This document shows positions 23,512-36,439 of a stretch of 64,000 nucleotides of DNA, piece after piece (within the stretch, counting starts at the first letter, position 1; each line of letters opens with the position of its first letter). The position numbers were made by a program, and so were the translations under genes. The notes beneath the pieces are model-generated. The model was not told the DNA's origin and searched no databases. It saw only the letters and a list, made by a program, of their open reading frames with translations. Source of the stretch: Octopus sinensis (lineage: Eukaryota); the NCBI RefSeq assembly GCF_006345805.1, contig NC_042998.1, positions 189,100,001 to 189,164,000 on the forward strand. The letters are read 5' to 3'.

Positions 23512-23923
23512 AAGCGTAGGAGTGGCTGTGTGGTAAGTAGCTTGCTTACGAACCACATGGTTCCGGGTTCAGTCCCACTGCATGGCACCTTGGGTAAGTG
23601 TCTTCTACTATAGCCTCGGGCCGACCAAAGCCTTGTGAGTGAATTTGGTAGACGGAAACTGAAAGAAGCCCGTCGTATATATATATATATGTATGTGTGT
23701 GCGTGTTTGTCTGTGTTTGTCCCCCCAACATCGCTTGACAACCGATGCTGGTGTATTTACGTCCCCGTAACTTAGCGGTTCTGCAAAAAAAGAGACCGAT
23801 AAAATAAGTACTAGGCTTACAAAGAATAAGTCCTGGGGTCAATTTGATCGACTAAAGGCGGTGCTCCAGCATGGCCACAGTCACATGACTGAAACAAGTA
23901 AAAGAGTAAAAGAGTAAAAGAGT
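23512..23923 (+). mobile_element. SINE family A, full length
   Basis: AAGCGTAGGAGTGGCTGTGTGG..microsatellite..ATGACTGAAACAAGT(AAAAGAGT)3. Confidence 0.95.
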
Positions 23924-24369
23924 ATATTTGTGCATAGAAATGTTGCAAGCCCTGTCGCATCTCAGATTTCAGCCGGGCTTCCTTGATTTCAATTGTCTTC
24001 CCAGAATCTCTTTACGTTTATACACGTTTCCTTAAACAAATGATTCGAATAACTAATGAAAACATTAAGATTAACTTCACAGTATTCCACTCTCCAATTT
24101 TACGAGGAAATCACTCCTACATATGCGGCCAAACATTATATATCCATCATTATTTTCATCGTCGTCGTCATCAGTACTGTCATCATCGTCATCGTCATCA
24201 TCGTCTTATTCAACGTCTTTATATTGTTTTATGTTTTTTGTTTTTTTTTAGGGTGACATGGTTTTGACACATCTAACAAATACTAATAAGTGTCTTTAAA
24301 AAGAGTCAGTGGCTTAATTTATAATACATTATGAAAATATGAATGCAAAAGATATTAGTTTTAAATCTG

Positions 24370-24552
24370 GACACAAGGCCTGTAAGTTCGGGGTAGAGGA
24401 AAAGTGCTTGACTGGTACTTATTATATCGACTCCGAAAGGCTGAAAGGCAAAATCGACCTCGGTGGAATTTGAACTGAGAACGTAAAAACGGACAAAATG
24501 CCGCTAAGCATTATGCCTGACGTGCTAACGAGTCTACCAGTTCGCCGCCTTA
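24370..24552 (-). mobile_element. B2-type SINE
   Basis: GGACACAAGGCCTG..CTGGTACTT..GGAATTTGAACT..CCAGTTCGCCGCCTT. Confidence 0.85.
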
Positions 24553-24665
24553 AAATGCCAAGGATATTGCTATGCGAAGCAGTTACTTTGCAAGCAAACA
24601 TTTTTGATGTTATGAGGTTTGCAAATTCACAAGTGATTATGTATTTTTCCAATTTTATAATAAAT

Positions 24666-25058
24666 ACTAGCAGTATCGCCCGGCGTTGCTCGGGTTTGTT
24701 TCGACTCTTTAGAATTGGAATTTTTGAAAAGTATAAGTTTTTCATTATGTAGCTTGTTATTCTCTTTAAGTGAGCATTTTTCTGGTTGAAATACACCGAA
24801 AAATGGCGACACAGCAATCAAAAAATCGTAAAAAAATAGGGTTTTTCATAGAAAAAAAAGCACCTTTTTGATGTAAATAATTTTTGGTGTTAATATGGTC
24901 CGATTTGAATTTTTTCTTCTACGGAAGGAAGAGCAAGTCTTCTATCATACTTTCAATTTTGGTCAACTTGCGCCGCACGTTCTCGGAGGATATAGTGTTA
25001 GTTGAAGGCTACCAAACCTGCCATACACAGACAACTTCAGCTTTATATAGAGGGAGAT
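24666..25058 (+). mobile_element. Non-autonomous Helitron-like element (copy 2, apparently complete)
   Basis: 5' ACTAGCAGTATCGCCCGGCGTTGCTCGGG, 3' CATACACAGACAACTTCAGCTTTATATAGAGGGAGAT; no TIR or TSD; resembles the recalled Lep1-type Helitron architecture. Confidence 0.75.
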
Positions 25059-26089
25059 TATATTGTCTACATCTCTCCTAGATGATCTTATCGTGTACCT
25101 AAGAGAAAGATACAACTCTTCACATTTTTTGGACTTCTAGAGACCCAAATAGCAACATAACGGAAATGTTACTAAAAGAATCATAAAGATAATTTTTAAA
25201 CAAAGACGTGCATTCCTTACAAGTACACAGAAACCTATCCTAAATAAACAGCAATGATATAAATAGGGAATTTCTAATTATAAGTGAGTACATTTGACTT
25301 CAAAGTGGACGTGTTTCACTTAACCAAACTGGTCTTGACAGAATTTCATGCTGACATATATAAGGCATAATTCAAGAACTTTCTTCTTTTCCCTGAAAAT
25401 TTCAAGGGAGGAATACATTTGCATATTCGATACTGCACCCGCTCACCCCGGGATCGATGTTTCCATTCAAAAATATTCATAATTGTTGTGTGAAACGTAT
25501 GTCGGCGAATTCGCCCATCCTTAATCTCAAAAAAGGAATGTTTCTCGTATATAAAATATACATTAAAAGCTGAACTTTTCCTCCGTGGCATTCATGCAGA
25601 TGTAGCAAACAATACCGCAGGTGTTACAAAAGCCACTCATTGAGATTAAAATTACCTTTGGGTGTCATTAATGCAGTTACACCCTCAACAGGAAAGTATT
25701 ACAAACATATGGTGATGCTCTTGCCTCGCAGCTTGGCAAATGAAATCTTATAATTAACCAGAGAGGTTCATGTTCTTGACAATACAAATGATATTTTGCT
25801 GTTCTATTTTCTATTAAATTGATGTGTATTAATTTCACTTTGAAACTGATTTTCTCTCTATGAAGTGGCACAATCTCACTTTGAACTCATTAACCTCACT
25901 TTGAAATGGTTAGTTTTTTGCTTCATAGTAAAACCTGCCCACTTAGAATTACAGAAACTGTTCTTAGCACTGATATGACTTTAGCATTAACTCCAAATAA
26001 ATCCATCTAAAAATACAGACACAGAGTTACATTTAAATTAATGTTGATTTGTAGCATAGACACAAGGTCGTAAATTTGGGATGAGGCAT

Positions 26090-26511
26090 ATATTTAGGTA
26101 TGAAGAAAGGCTGAAGACGCTCGACCTTTATTCATTAGAAAAACGACGACGCCGTGGTGATCTCATTCTCGCTCACAACATCATAAGCGGAAAGTGTAAC
26201 CTCTCGAAAGAGCTGTTCTTCACTCCTGCTCCAGAGCGTCGGCTGCGGGGTCACTCCGAAAAGCTCTATCTGCGACGATTTCATCTCAATCGAAGGAGAG
26301 GGGCTTTCTCCGTCCGGGTTGCGGATCCGTGGAATAAGCTGCCGGACGTGATAATGAAGATGCTGACGACCGCTCGGTTCAAAGTCTCTCTTGACCAGAA
26401 ATGGCCTGAACTCTTTGCATGAACACCCTCCCTGTACATAATTCCATGTCCCCCTACATGGCCTTACTTTTTGCTTTTTGAGCCAAAAAATTAACTTAAC
26501 TTAACTTAACT
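26090..26511 (+). mobile_element. 5'-truncated CR1-clade LINE: ORF2 C-terminus, 3' UTR and (TTAAC)n tail
   Basis: YEERLKTLDLYSLEKRRRRGDLI..RLRGHSEKL..RRGAFSVRVADPWNKLP is the characteristic CR1 RT C-terminus; stop at 26422, tandem tail 26493-26511. Confidence 0.93.
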
Positions 26512-27015
26512 CAATCCTAGTATTTGCCCAGTATTTATGTAGATTAACCCCGGAAGAATCAAAGAGAAAGTCGACCTCATCGATATTTGATTTCAGAATA
26601 TGAAGGTAACTTAATACTGCAAAGCATTTTGCACAGCACTTTACCGTTTCTGTCATTAGACAGCTTCACAATAAATATATTTATAATAACCAATGATGGA
26701 AGTGTCGTTTAGTAATTTAAGTCCGCTGGGTTAGACGGAAAGGTTAACCAATGTTAACATTTATTAATAATGAAGTGAATCAGTCTTTAGAGATATTTGG
26801 TGCTTTCTGACAATGAACATTTAGCATTTTTTTCTTGTGTAATGGCCTTGATATGGCGAATACAGAAGAATAAAAAAGTATGTCTCCGTCAAATGTTTCT
26901 GTCCCTGAATGACACCAATTCAATTCAAGTAAATTAACAGCCGAAATGAACTTTCTTTTATTATATATATAAATATGTATATATGTATCTTATCAAAAAT
27001 ATTTTCTCGCTCTCT

Positions 27016-27111
<96 letters not shown>

Positions 27112-27599
27112 TACTATGAAATGAACTGATTAAGCTTATTGATTGGCATCTGCTACTTTCCCTTGCATGAAATTTATCAAAAAATGACAGCGATATAAAT
27201 TATTGCCCCCAAAAAAACACAATCGAAATACTTTTGAAAAAATAATTTCCTTTTTTTACGTATAATATTTTTATTATTTCTTTTCAGTTTGATAACTACG
27301 ATTATTCTAATTTTAATGATAACAAGATCATATTTTTAATAATATCAAAATAAATTAGCTTGTCAATTATAAATATAATTATCATTATTTTTGAAAAGAG
27401 GGCAGTAAATTGATTTTAAAAGGGTATAGCACTAGCTATCTGTCTTTTTAGTATTTAGCTCCGTTCTTTTATATTTTGCCATCAGCTTTCATTGGAGTTG
27501 ATGTTGTTTGCAACCGTCCCTGATCAGTAAATATTCAACTTGTAGTAATGCAGTTGATTCAGTCGACTATATCACTCTTCAAAAATTAGTAAAAATCCA

Positions 27600-27955
27600 T
27601 CCCTTCCTCACCGTGGTGGGGACGCTGGCAACGGGTAGTGTCAGAGCTATGCCGTCGGGAACTTCGGTTCCTGGTAGGGCCACCCAAAGCGGATTGATCT
27701 GACACCGAGTGGTATTAGGGCCACAACCCGGCAGACGGGGCTCTGGTGAAAATCCTCAGAGTGTCTGCTTCGGCAACCGGCGGCTCCTCGGTCGTTCTGT
27801 CTCTGTGTCTGCGGACAATCTGCGGCAAACAGGATGTCTCCACATGCGGGATTGTTGGGGAACGCTTGTGAAATCCACGTATTCCCACGAAACTTCTCCC
27901 ATGAGTAGAAGAAGCCGATTCCACCCGCCCAGGGTGAATGTCGCCACAAGTACAA
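27600..27955 (+). mobile_element. Probable 5' terminus/UTR of an RTE-clade (Rex3/Expander-like) LINE, with no ORF following
   Basis: CACCGTGGTGGGG..GAGCTATGCCGTCGGG..CCTGGTAGGGCCACCCAAAGCGGA resembles recalled Rex3/Expander 5' ends; GC-rich island. Confidence 0.55.
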
Positions 27956-28699
27956 GTAATCTATTATTCAATACCTACAAGTATTTATAATCATTTTCTC
28001 TATTCTAAGGCTGGAATTTAGAACATAGAAGGATGAGACTTAGCAAATGAGACTTAGTAAAGCGCATTGTATAATTGCTCTACCATCTTGTACCTTTATA
28101 TTCGTGAAAAATTATGAAGGAAAAAACTGTGAAATGATTTGCGAAAAAGTAGAGACAGGGTAGTGTAGGTCTTAAGCAAGGTAGTAAGGCATCATGTTAT
28201 TAAAAACAAAAGTCATTATATCATACCAAAGAAATAGAATCATTTGTGGTTGACCAGATGCTAGTAAAAGTATTTAATCAAGTATTAAGAAGGTTTATGG
28301 TTATAAAAGAAGATGTATTATAAATATTGCAATAGAGATGATCATCGGAACTTGTTTCTGAGATTTGGGAATAACTACCATAACAATTTCTAGGGAAGAA
28401 AATATTCCGATGTTTAGATTTGTTATTTTACATTAAATAGTAGCCATGAAATTTTAGCATTCGATCTAAGATACGTGCAATAAGACTGGAATAGAAGTGT
28501 GAGTATATCAGCGTAAGGCAAAGTTGAATTATTAAGAAAACCGCTTAGCTACAATGTCTTTTCAACTTTCCTGGTACTGTGCGGCAGTTTCCTGGGCAAG
28601 TGTCTATCATAACTTCGGGTCGACCAAATCTTTTGGATTGAAATTTGGCTGACAACATCTACATTTTACTAACAGAATACAATAAGTTAGAAATACGTA

Positions 28700-28870
28700 T
28701 TTCTTTACTACCCACAAAGGGCTAAATACAGGGGGGACAAACAAGGACAGACAAACGAATTAAGTCGATTACATCGACCCCCCCCCCCCCAGTGCGTAAC
28801 TGGTACTTAGTTTATCGAACCCGAAAGGATGAAGGGCAAAGTCGACCCGGCGGAATTTGAACTCAGAACC
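28700..28870 (-). mobile_element. 5'-truncated SINE family B
   Basis: TTTCTTTACTACCCACAAAGGGCTAAA..GGCGGAATTTGAACTCAGAAC. Confidence 0.9.
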
Positions 28871-28896
28871 AACAATGTTTCTGTATGTATATATAT

Positions 28897-28958
<62 letters not shown>

Positions 28959-28959
<1 letters not shown>

Positions 28960-29402
28960 GGCGCAAGAGTGGCTGCGTAGTAAGAATCTGGCTTGCCATT
29001 CACATGGTTCCGGGTTCAGTCCCACTACGTGGCATCTTGCGCAACTGTTTTCTGCTATCGTCTCCGGTCGACCAAAGCTTTGTAAGTGGATTTGGGAGAC
29101 GGAAACTGAAAGAAGCCCGTCGTATATATGTACTTGTGTGTGTGCGTGTGCGTGCGTGTGTGTGCGTGTGTGTGTGTGTCTGTGTCTGTGTTGGTCCCCC
29201 ACCATCACTTGACAACCGATGTTGACGTGTTTACGTTCCTGTAACTTAGTGGTTCAGCAAAAGAGACCGACAGAATAAGTACTAGGCTTACAAAGAATAA
29301 GTAAGAATAAGTAAGCCGGGGTCGATTCGTTCGACTAAAGGCAGTGCTCCAGCATGGCCGCAGTCAAATGACTAGAACAAGTAAAAGAATAAAAAATAAA
29401 AG

Positions 29403-29403
<1 letters not shown>
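28959..29403 (+). mobile_element. SINE family A
   Basis: AGGCGCAAGAGTGGCTGCGTAG..GGCCGCAGTCAAATGACTAGAACAAGTAAAAGAAT. Confidence 0.92.
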
Positions 29404-29487
<84 letters not shown>

Positions 29488-29645
29488 TGGAGTTGCATGA
29501 AACGATCGTACTGCATTACCTCTGGATATCCTTGTTGCTTATTTTGATTATAATCACCCCATTTTGAATTATATGGATGATACCATGCAAATTCTGATGC
29601 CTTTAACTTAAGTACCATATTCATCTGAATCTAAATTTTACTGAA

Positions 29646-29679
<34 letters not shown>

Positions 29680-29682
<3 letters not shown>

Positions 29683-29890
29683 CGGGAAGCTTTATGAAAA
29701 TAAACAAAAGACGAAGGCAGGTGGAATATAAACAAACAATTGTATTAGTATGGCGCTCAGGAATATAAATAAAACAAGTCTTTTACGTTTCGAGCCTACG
29801 CTCTTCAACAGAAAGATACACAGAAAAGAAACACAGAAAGAAACAAGGAGAGAAAAAAATGCGTGCAGAAGCTGGCGAATCAACATGGCA
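29680..29890 (-). mobile_element. Short Penelope-like terminal fragment with a hammerhead motif, 3' end at (TA)n
   Basis: Minus 29779-29816: TCTTT CTGTTGA A-GAGC-GTAG-GCTC GAA ACGT A AAAGA (A6 replaced by U); downstream CCTGAGCGCCATACTAATAC. Confidence 0.6.
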
Positions 29891-30119
29891 ATATATAAGC
29901 AAAAGAATTTTCGAAAAGACAAAAAAAAAATCAAAGATGCCACCCTTCCTACAATATGTGTGTGTATAATCTGTGATGGTTTTCCTGAAACTAAATTGAA
30001 AAGTTGTTAAAATTATGACAGGCAACGTTTTATATTACTTTCATGTTACTGCATCATTTGATTGGAATATAAATAGAAAATTCATGCATCTCTCTACAGT
30101 AAAATTATCTTGTAATTCT

Positions 30120-30722
<603 letters not shown>

Positions 30723-31743
30723 ACCGAGTGCTATTTTGATAACATTAGTTAAATGGAAAAACCATTGCATAATTGAAGCCAGTTATTGCTTGGCATATAC
30801 CATCACAAATCTTAAGTAATCTATAAAACATGTATCTGGTCACCGCGGAGACTCAAAATAGCATCAGTTGAATATTAAAAAAAAAAAAAACTTTTCAAGT
30901 CTTATTCATTCTTTCCTACTTTTCTTTCAATTTCTTATTGTTTTTATTTTTATTTTATTTTTGTTTTTCTCGTTTTCTAGCGCATTCAGTATTGCGACAA
31001 ATCAGTATGATCTCATATTGTTGAGGTTTGAGCTGGTCAGCTTCAACTCAGGAGAAACATGATTAAAGCCTTACCGGCTATGACCATCTCGTCTGTCCTT
31101 TTGTATATCTGGTACGTTACCCAATGCATTATTTTCTTTAAAGTGGTAGACTAAACGTTAAAGAAAATTTAACTATTTCTAACGTTAGTTTCCCCACTCT
31201 GATTCTTGCAATCTTGTGTAAGATTTCCCGGATGTCAAAATAGTGGAAATGAAATTTTGAATTAATATAGACTTCATTCATTCCCTTCGACTTCATTAAT
31301 TTGGAAAGGTACTGACAAAACCGTTTAAAACAAGGGTTCAGAATGAGAGCTGTTCCTTCGGACGACGTAAAAGAAACCAATAAATAAAACCTAACTTGTC
31401 CATAAAAATAATTAATTTCAATCAAAACATATCTTGGAGACAGAGCAGTTAATTAGATTTTATAAGTGTTAAAATATTTGATTCTGTGTATCCTTTTATC
31501 TGGGTTGAAATTAGGCCAGGATTGCCGACGCAACCAAGAACAACGATATATGAAAATATATCTTTTTATTAAAGTATATTTAGCTGTTTTAACATATTCA
31601 TAGACACAAAACATTTAATCGAGCCGAATAATAATAATATTGGGATTATAACGCCGAATATTTTCGGCAGATTACGTTATCCCTTCCTAATTTACGTGTA
31701 GCCCGTCGCATGACTTACAAACTAATGGAAGATGACGTAGAAC

Positions 31744-31979
31744 AAGGCGGCGAGCTGGCAGAAACGTTAGCACGCCGGGCAAAATGCATAGCCGTATTTC
31801 GTCTGCCGTTACGTTCCGAGTTCAAATTCCGCCGAGGTCGACTTTGCCTTTCATCCTTTCGGGGCCGATAAACTAAGTACCAGTTACGCACTGGAGTCGA
31901 TGCAATCGACTTAATCCGTTTGTCTGTCCTTGTTTGTCCTCTCTGTGGTTAGCCCCTTGTGGGTAGTAAAGAAATAGGT
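31744..31979 (+). mobile_element. SINE family B, full length
   Basis: TSD AGATGACGTAGAAC at 31730-31743 and 31980-31993. Confidence 0.96.
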
Positions 31980-32879
31980 AGATGACGTAGAACTACTGCC
32001 ACTTAAGGAAGATGATTATATAGTCAGTTGCTGGTCTTTATGTGACAACTTGTAACAATTACATGATATAAGTATTTTTTTAGAAGACCTTTAAGCAATG
32101 CAGGTGAGAAGTTTGGCAAAATATGTAAGGTGATGTCAATAAATATAAACTAAGATAAGATATTGTATTACATTACATAGGTTGTTGAATGCTTTTATTA
32201 TATTTCAGGAAATCGCTTATTGATAAAATATAAGACAGAAAATAATCCAAGAATTCGGAGAAAAGTGTTATTTGTAGGTATCATCTTAAGTATTTTCTCA
32301 CCTCCATATCTTAAAGGTTTTCATTAAAATATACATTATAATTATAATGTATATGTATAATTATACATTATAATTATAATGCTTCAAGCAAATTACAATC
32401 TAGAATAAAATTGGAACACCATACAGTATAACAACAAAACATTTCAAGCCAACGAGGGAGCCCCTACTTACTCACTCGACCTACTATAAATAGCAGTCAA
32501 TTTTCCAGAAAAAAAATTATAGAAATGTGAAACAAGCGTAACGAAGCCAACTTAAAAATGTGAAGAAAAAGGTGTAACACGTTTGAGATGAGATTTCCAA
32601 CCAAGAAGGAAGCAAGGATCGTTCTATAAAACCCATAAAGCGTAACGAACTGGCCCTCATTCAGATCTAACGTGAATGGAGAGTGGAAAAAATAAGATAA
32701 TCGATTTGCTACAAGAAATAGATTGCTAGTTTGTGGCGACCGTTAGCTCGATATCGAAGAAAAATGAACTTGGTCAAGAACAAAGATGGATCTATTGATC
32801 CATATAGACCAAGGAATATGAAAAACCACTCCAAATTTGATCAGTCTGCTAGATGGCTTGCAACTTCTTCGTGGCAATT

Positions 32880-33270
32880 ACAATCAGCCGGTTGATCTGT
32901 TCCGAAAGACTTTTAGGCTGGAGCTTAGATAATTTTTGGAAATCCCTAGTTTGGTAATGCTACTGGGGTGGAGGAATGTCTGGTTCGAGATAAGCCGTAC
33001 AGACACAGAAATGCCGTCAACCAAAGCCTGTTCAAGATATAAGCTCAGTAACAAAGCCGTTCTGCATGTACTTGTTCGATGCGGGAGGGTTACTGACGTG
33101 TGGAGTCACGTCGAACACCTGCTTCCATCTGATCCTATTGTGATAATCGTTCCGTCTTACTTTGGCAGGGAAGTGTTGACAGTTTTTATCTATTTGGTGC
33201 TCGTGGCGAAAGCAGTTATGTGATGGACGAGACTGAAATGATTGAAGACAGACTCCTTCCTATTTAACCA
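32880..33270 (+). pseudogene. L1/Tx1-clade LINE ORF2 C-terminal remnant
   Basis: DNFWKSLVW*CY..RDKPYRH, then VLHVLVRCGRVTDVWSHVEHLL..VFIYLVLVAKAVM*WTRLK, resembling the Tx1 C-terminal Cys/His region. Confidence 0.65.
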
Positions 33271-33589
33271 ATCCCCTATCAATTTACTATTATTATTATT
33301 ATTATTATTATTATATTATTATTATCATTATTATTATTATTATCGTCATCGTCATCATTATTTGTACTGGTGGGTTGTGCGTCGCTTCGCTCGTAAGTTT
33401 ATCTGTTAATTTGTGTCTTCAAAAGTTGTTAATTGTTTAATCTTGTTACATGTTTGTTGAAGCCACCAAAACCTTATGAAATTGGTTGGTTCGTTTGTGC
33501 CCCTTTGGGAACTCAAATTCGGAAAAGAAATTCTAATTTTCTTTGGGGGAAATAAAAATTATTTTTAAAAACAAAAATAGCAACGTCCG

Positions 33590-33725
33590 CCCTGCACTGT
33601 GACATGGATGAGGAAGTCAGGGGTAGCTTTGGTAGAGAGTTGCAATACACGTCCGAGTCCTCTGCCTTCAACCCTCAAATGGAAGGGGTGATGAACACTC
33701 ATCAAATTCAAAGCCCACCCAACCA
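33590..33725 (-). pseudogene. L1/Tx1 ORF1-like fragment, inverted
   Basis: ..QLSTKATPDFLIHVTVQGGRCYFC, similar to the VTVKGRRP-CYLC pre-knuckle at ~34665. Confidence 0.5.
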
Positions 33726-34169
33726 CAATGACGAGAAACAGCTGTAGTAGCAACAACAACAACAACAACAACAACAACAGCAACAACGACAATGCAGCAT
33801 GAGAATTTGATTCTATCAATGAAACTGCTCCACCAATAAAAACGGCATCACCACAGTCAACAGCCAACAGCGACAACAACACTACTATGAACATTGCTAC
33901 CACCACCACCACCACCATCACCACTATCACCACCACTGCCACAACAAAGTAAATAACAGAAGGAAAAACAATTCGATAGTAACCACGGCAATTCAAATGG
34001 TAACAATAATTTCAACGTGAATAACAGTAACAACATGAACAATAATAAAAATAATATATTCGCAGCGACGGCTGCTAAAGGTATTGAACTATATGATGTA
34101 GATATCCTAAAAAAGACATATGTCTAATCGAAGCGGCCAAACTAATCAGACTCGAAAAATAACGCGCTG

Positions 34170-35160
34170 ACATAGCCATCCCCACGAAGTGTTGACAGAA
34201 ACACGCAATAAAAAACAGTAAATATATGTGATTCCATAAACACAAAATGGCCGAAGACAGCGAGTCAGACATAGTTAGAAGGAGCGCTAAAAGCAATAAT
34301 GTCTGACATACAGTATATCTCGAGGGCCAAGCAATTTGCAGGCACTTCAGTGCTCTCCAAGAATGAAGCTCTGGCCGTCAAAGACTCCGTGGTTCCATGT
34401 CGGTACGATAAATATGTTCCCCATCCATCATATTTAGGAAGGAGGACAATAACAGTGAAGATCTCAGCGATTCCACCTGAGGTGAATATATGGTGGCTTT
34501 TAGCATGAATCGTCTTGGCAGGAAGTAACAGCCTCCTAAAAGTGAAGTGGACTCGTTGTGAAAACTGATCTGAGATCTGTGTGGAGGTGCTTTTCCACAA
34601 GATCCCAGACCTCATCCACAAGATCTCAGACCTCCCTTTCCAGAAGGTGAGGGGAGGCTGCCTGTTACAGTTAAGGGCAGAAGGCCTGCTACTTGTGTAG
34701 GAAGACTGGTCACTTGAGATTTTCTGCCCTCGACAGAAGAGAGAGTACCACGAGATCCTGATACTGCCAACACCAAGACACCAAGACCCCCAAAAGCCAC
34801 AACAACAAAATCGGCACCAACCCCAGAAGCAACAACATCAGCAACAGGAAGAGCAAAAAATAGCAACTATTGGAACAACACCAGCAAATGCAACAGCAGC
34901 AACAGATGCAGCACCACCGCCTTCAACAGCAGAAAGAAAAATACAGACACAAAAAGTACCTAGGGGCTTTATCAGCGAAGCTCTCTTTCTCTCTCCTTCT
35001 TTCTCTCTCCGTCTTCTCTAAACTCAAACACACAAATAGACTCTCACCAAGATTTCATAGATACTGATATCTCTGCATCACGAAGTGAAAATGAGGAGAA
35101 CGCCAAAAAACAAAAGAACTAAAAATAAAACATAAAAACATCATGCCTCTCTCCAACATA
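34170..35160 (+). pseudogene. L1/Tx1-clade ORF1 (gag-like) remnant with CCHC knuckle
   Basis: MSDIQYISRAKQFAG..PSYLGRRTITVKISAIPPEVNIWWLLA, then (frameshifted) LPVTVKGRR-CYLCRKTGHLRF-CP and a low-complexity Q/T/P tail. Confidence 0.7.
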
Positions 35161-35495
35161 CACACCCAAAAAACAGAAAACAGAAAGGAATTCTTGGAGG
35201 TTTGGATAATTCACTTTTGGAAATATGGGTGGTTCGTTCAACGTCCTTAAACAATCCTTATTCAGAGATCTTTTGAGCGGGATGGGCTACTCGACTAGAA
35301 GGGACATGCTCAACTGGTTAAGGTCAACCAACTGACAAGCAAATCAGTGGTATTGAGCAGAATATTTGCTGTTGCCCATCTTTTATACCAAGACAAAAAA
35401 AACAATGTACATGATAACACTTCCAATCAGTTAAGATAAGAAGCCACGAGAGCCACTGCCTGGTACTGCATCCGGGCATTTATTACTATCATTAA

Positions 35496-35539
<44 letters not shown>

Positions 35540-35560
35540 TATTATTATTATTATTATTAT

Positions 35561-35795
35561 TAAGGCGGCTAGCTGCTAGAATCGTTAGCACTCCAAACAA
35601 AATGCCTATCAACATTTTATCCGTCTTTACGTTCTGGCTTCAAATACCCGCCGAGATCGACTTTTACCTTTCATCCTTTCGGGTTCAATAAAATCGATGA
35701 AAAGAAGTTCCATTTTGAGCACTGGAGTCGAGGTAATCGACTATCCCCTCCCGTCAAAAAAATTGCTGGTCTTGTGCCTAAAAAATGAGAAATTA
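35561..35795 (+). mobile_element. B2-type SINE
   Basis: TAAGGCGGCTAGCTGCTAGAATCG..CTATCCCCTCCC..TTGCTGGTCTTGTGCCTAAAA. Confidence 0.85.
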
Positions 35796-36011
35796 ATTAC
35801 CTTCACCATTAATTGTTCTTCTACTATTAGTTTTGTTTTGTTTTCTGTGTTGTATTTCGCCCTTTTATTATTGTCCTCGGTGTCTTGAGCCCTTGTGGCC
35901 AATTAAAGCAAACATTATTGGTATATTTGACTCATTGGCTTTTACTGTTGTGTTCTTTCGCCTCTTATTGTCTCTTTTCTTCAACATTATTTATTTTAAT
36001 ATTATATATTT

Positions 36012-36412
36012 ACTAGCAGTATCGCCCGGCGTTGCTCGGGTTTGTAAGGGAAATAACTATATAAGCATTTTTAGAGATGTAAAGTATAATAGCCATCTCA
36101 ATTTGGCTAACCACAAAGGGGGGGGGGTGTTACTGTAGCTTTTTACGTTCTGAGATTTAATAATAAATTTTTAGAGAGTTACTTCCCTTATATATGCCAA
36201 AAATGCATTAAAAATGGGAAAAATTGATGGTAAATTTTTTTTTAAATCGTAGACTCATCGTAGACGCGCGCTAATAGCCAGAAGGGCTCGATATGAATCA
36301 CGACTATAAGATACCCGGTTTTGGTTAAACTGCACCGCAAAATGTGGGAGTAGTTAGGAATCTAAATCGTAGGAGACAGACAGCACACAACCTCACTTTT
36401 ATATATAAAGAT
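36012..36412 (+). mobile_element. Non-autonomous Helitron-like element, second subfamily (complete)
   Basis: Same 34-bp 5' end as 24666 with a different interior; 3' GAGACAGACAGCACACAACCTCACTTTTATATATAAAGAT. Confidence 0.75.
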
Positions 36413-36439
36413 ATATTTATTTATATATCCATTTATATA

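Noticed and set aside
26081-26422. 113-aa ORF as a host gene
   Set aside because: It is the C-terminus of a CR1 reverse transcriptase followed by a LINE tail.
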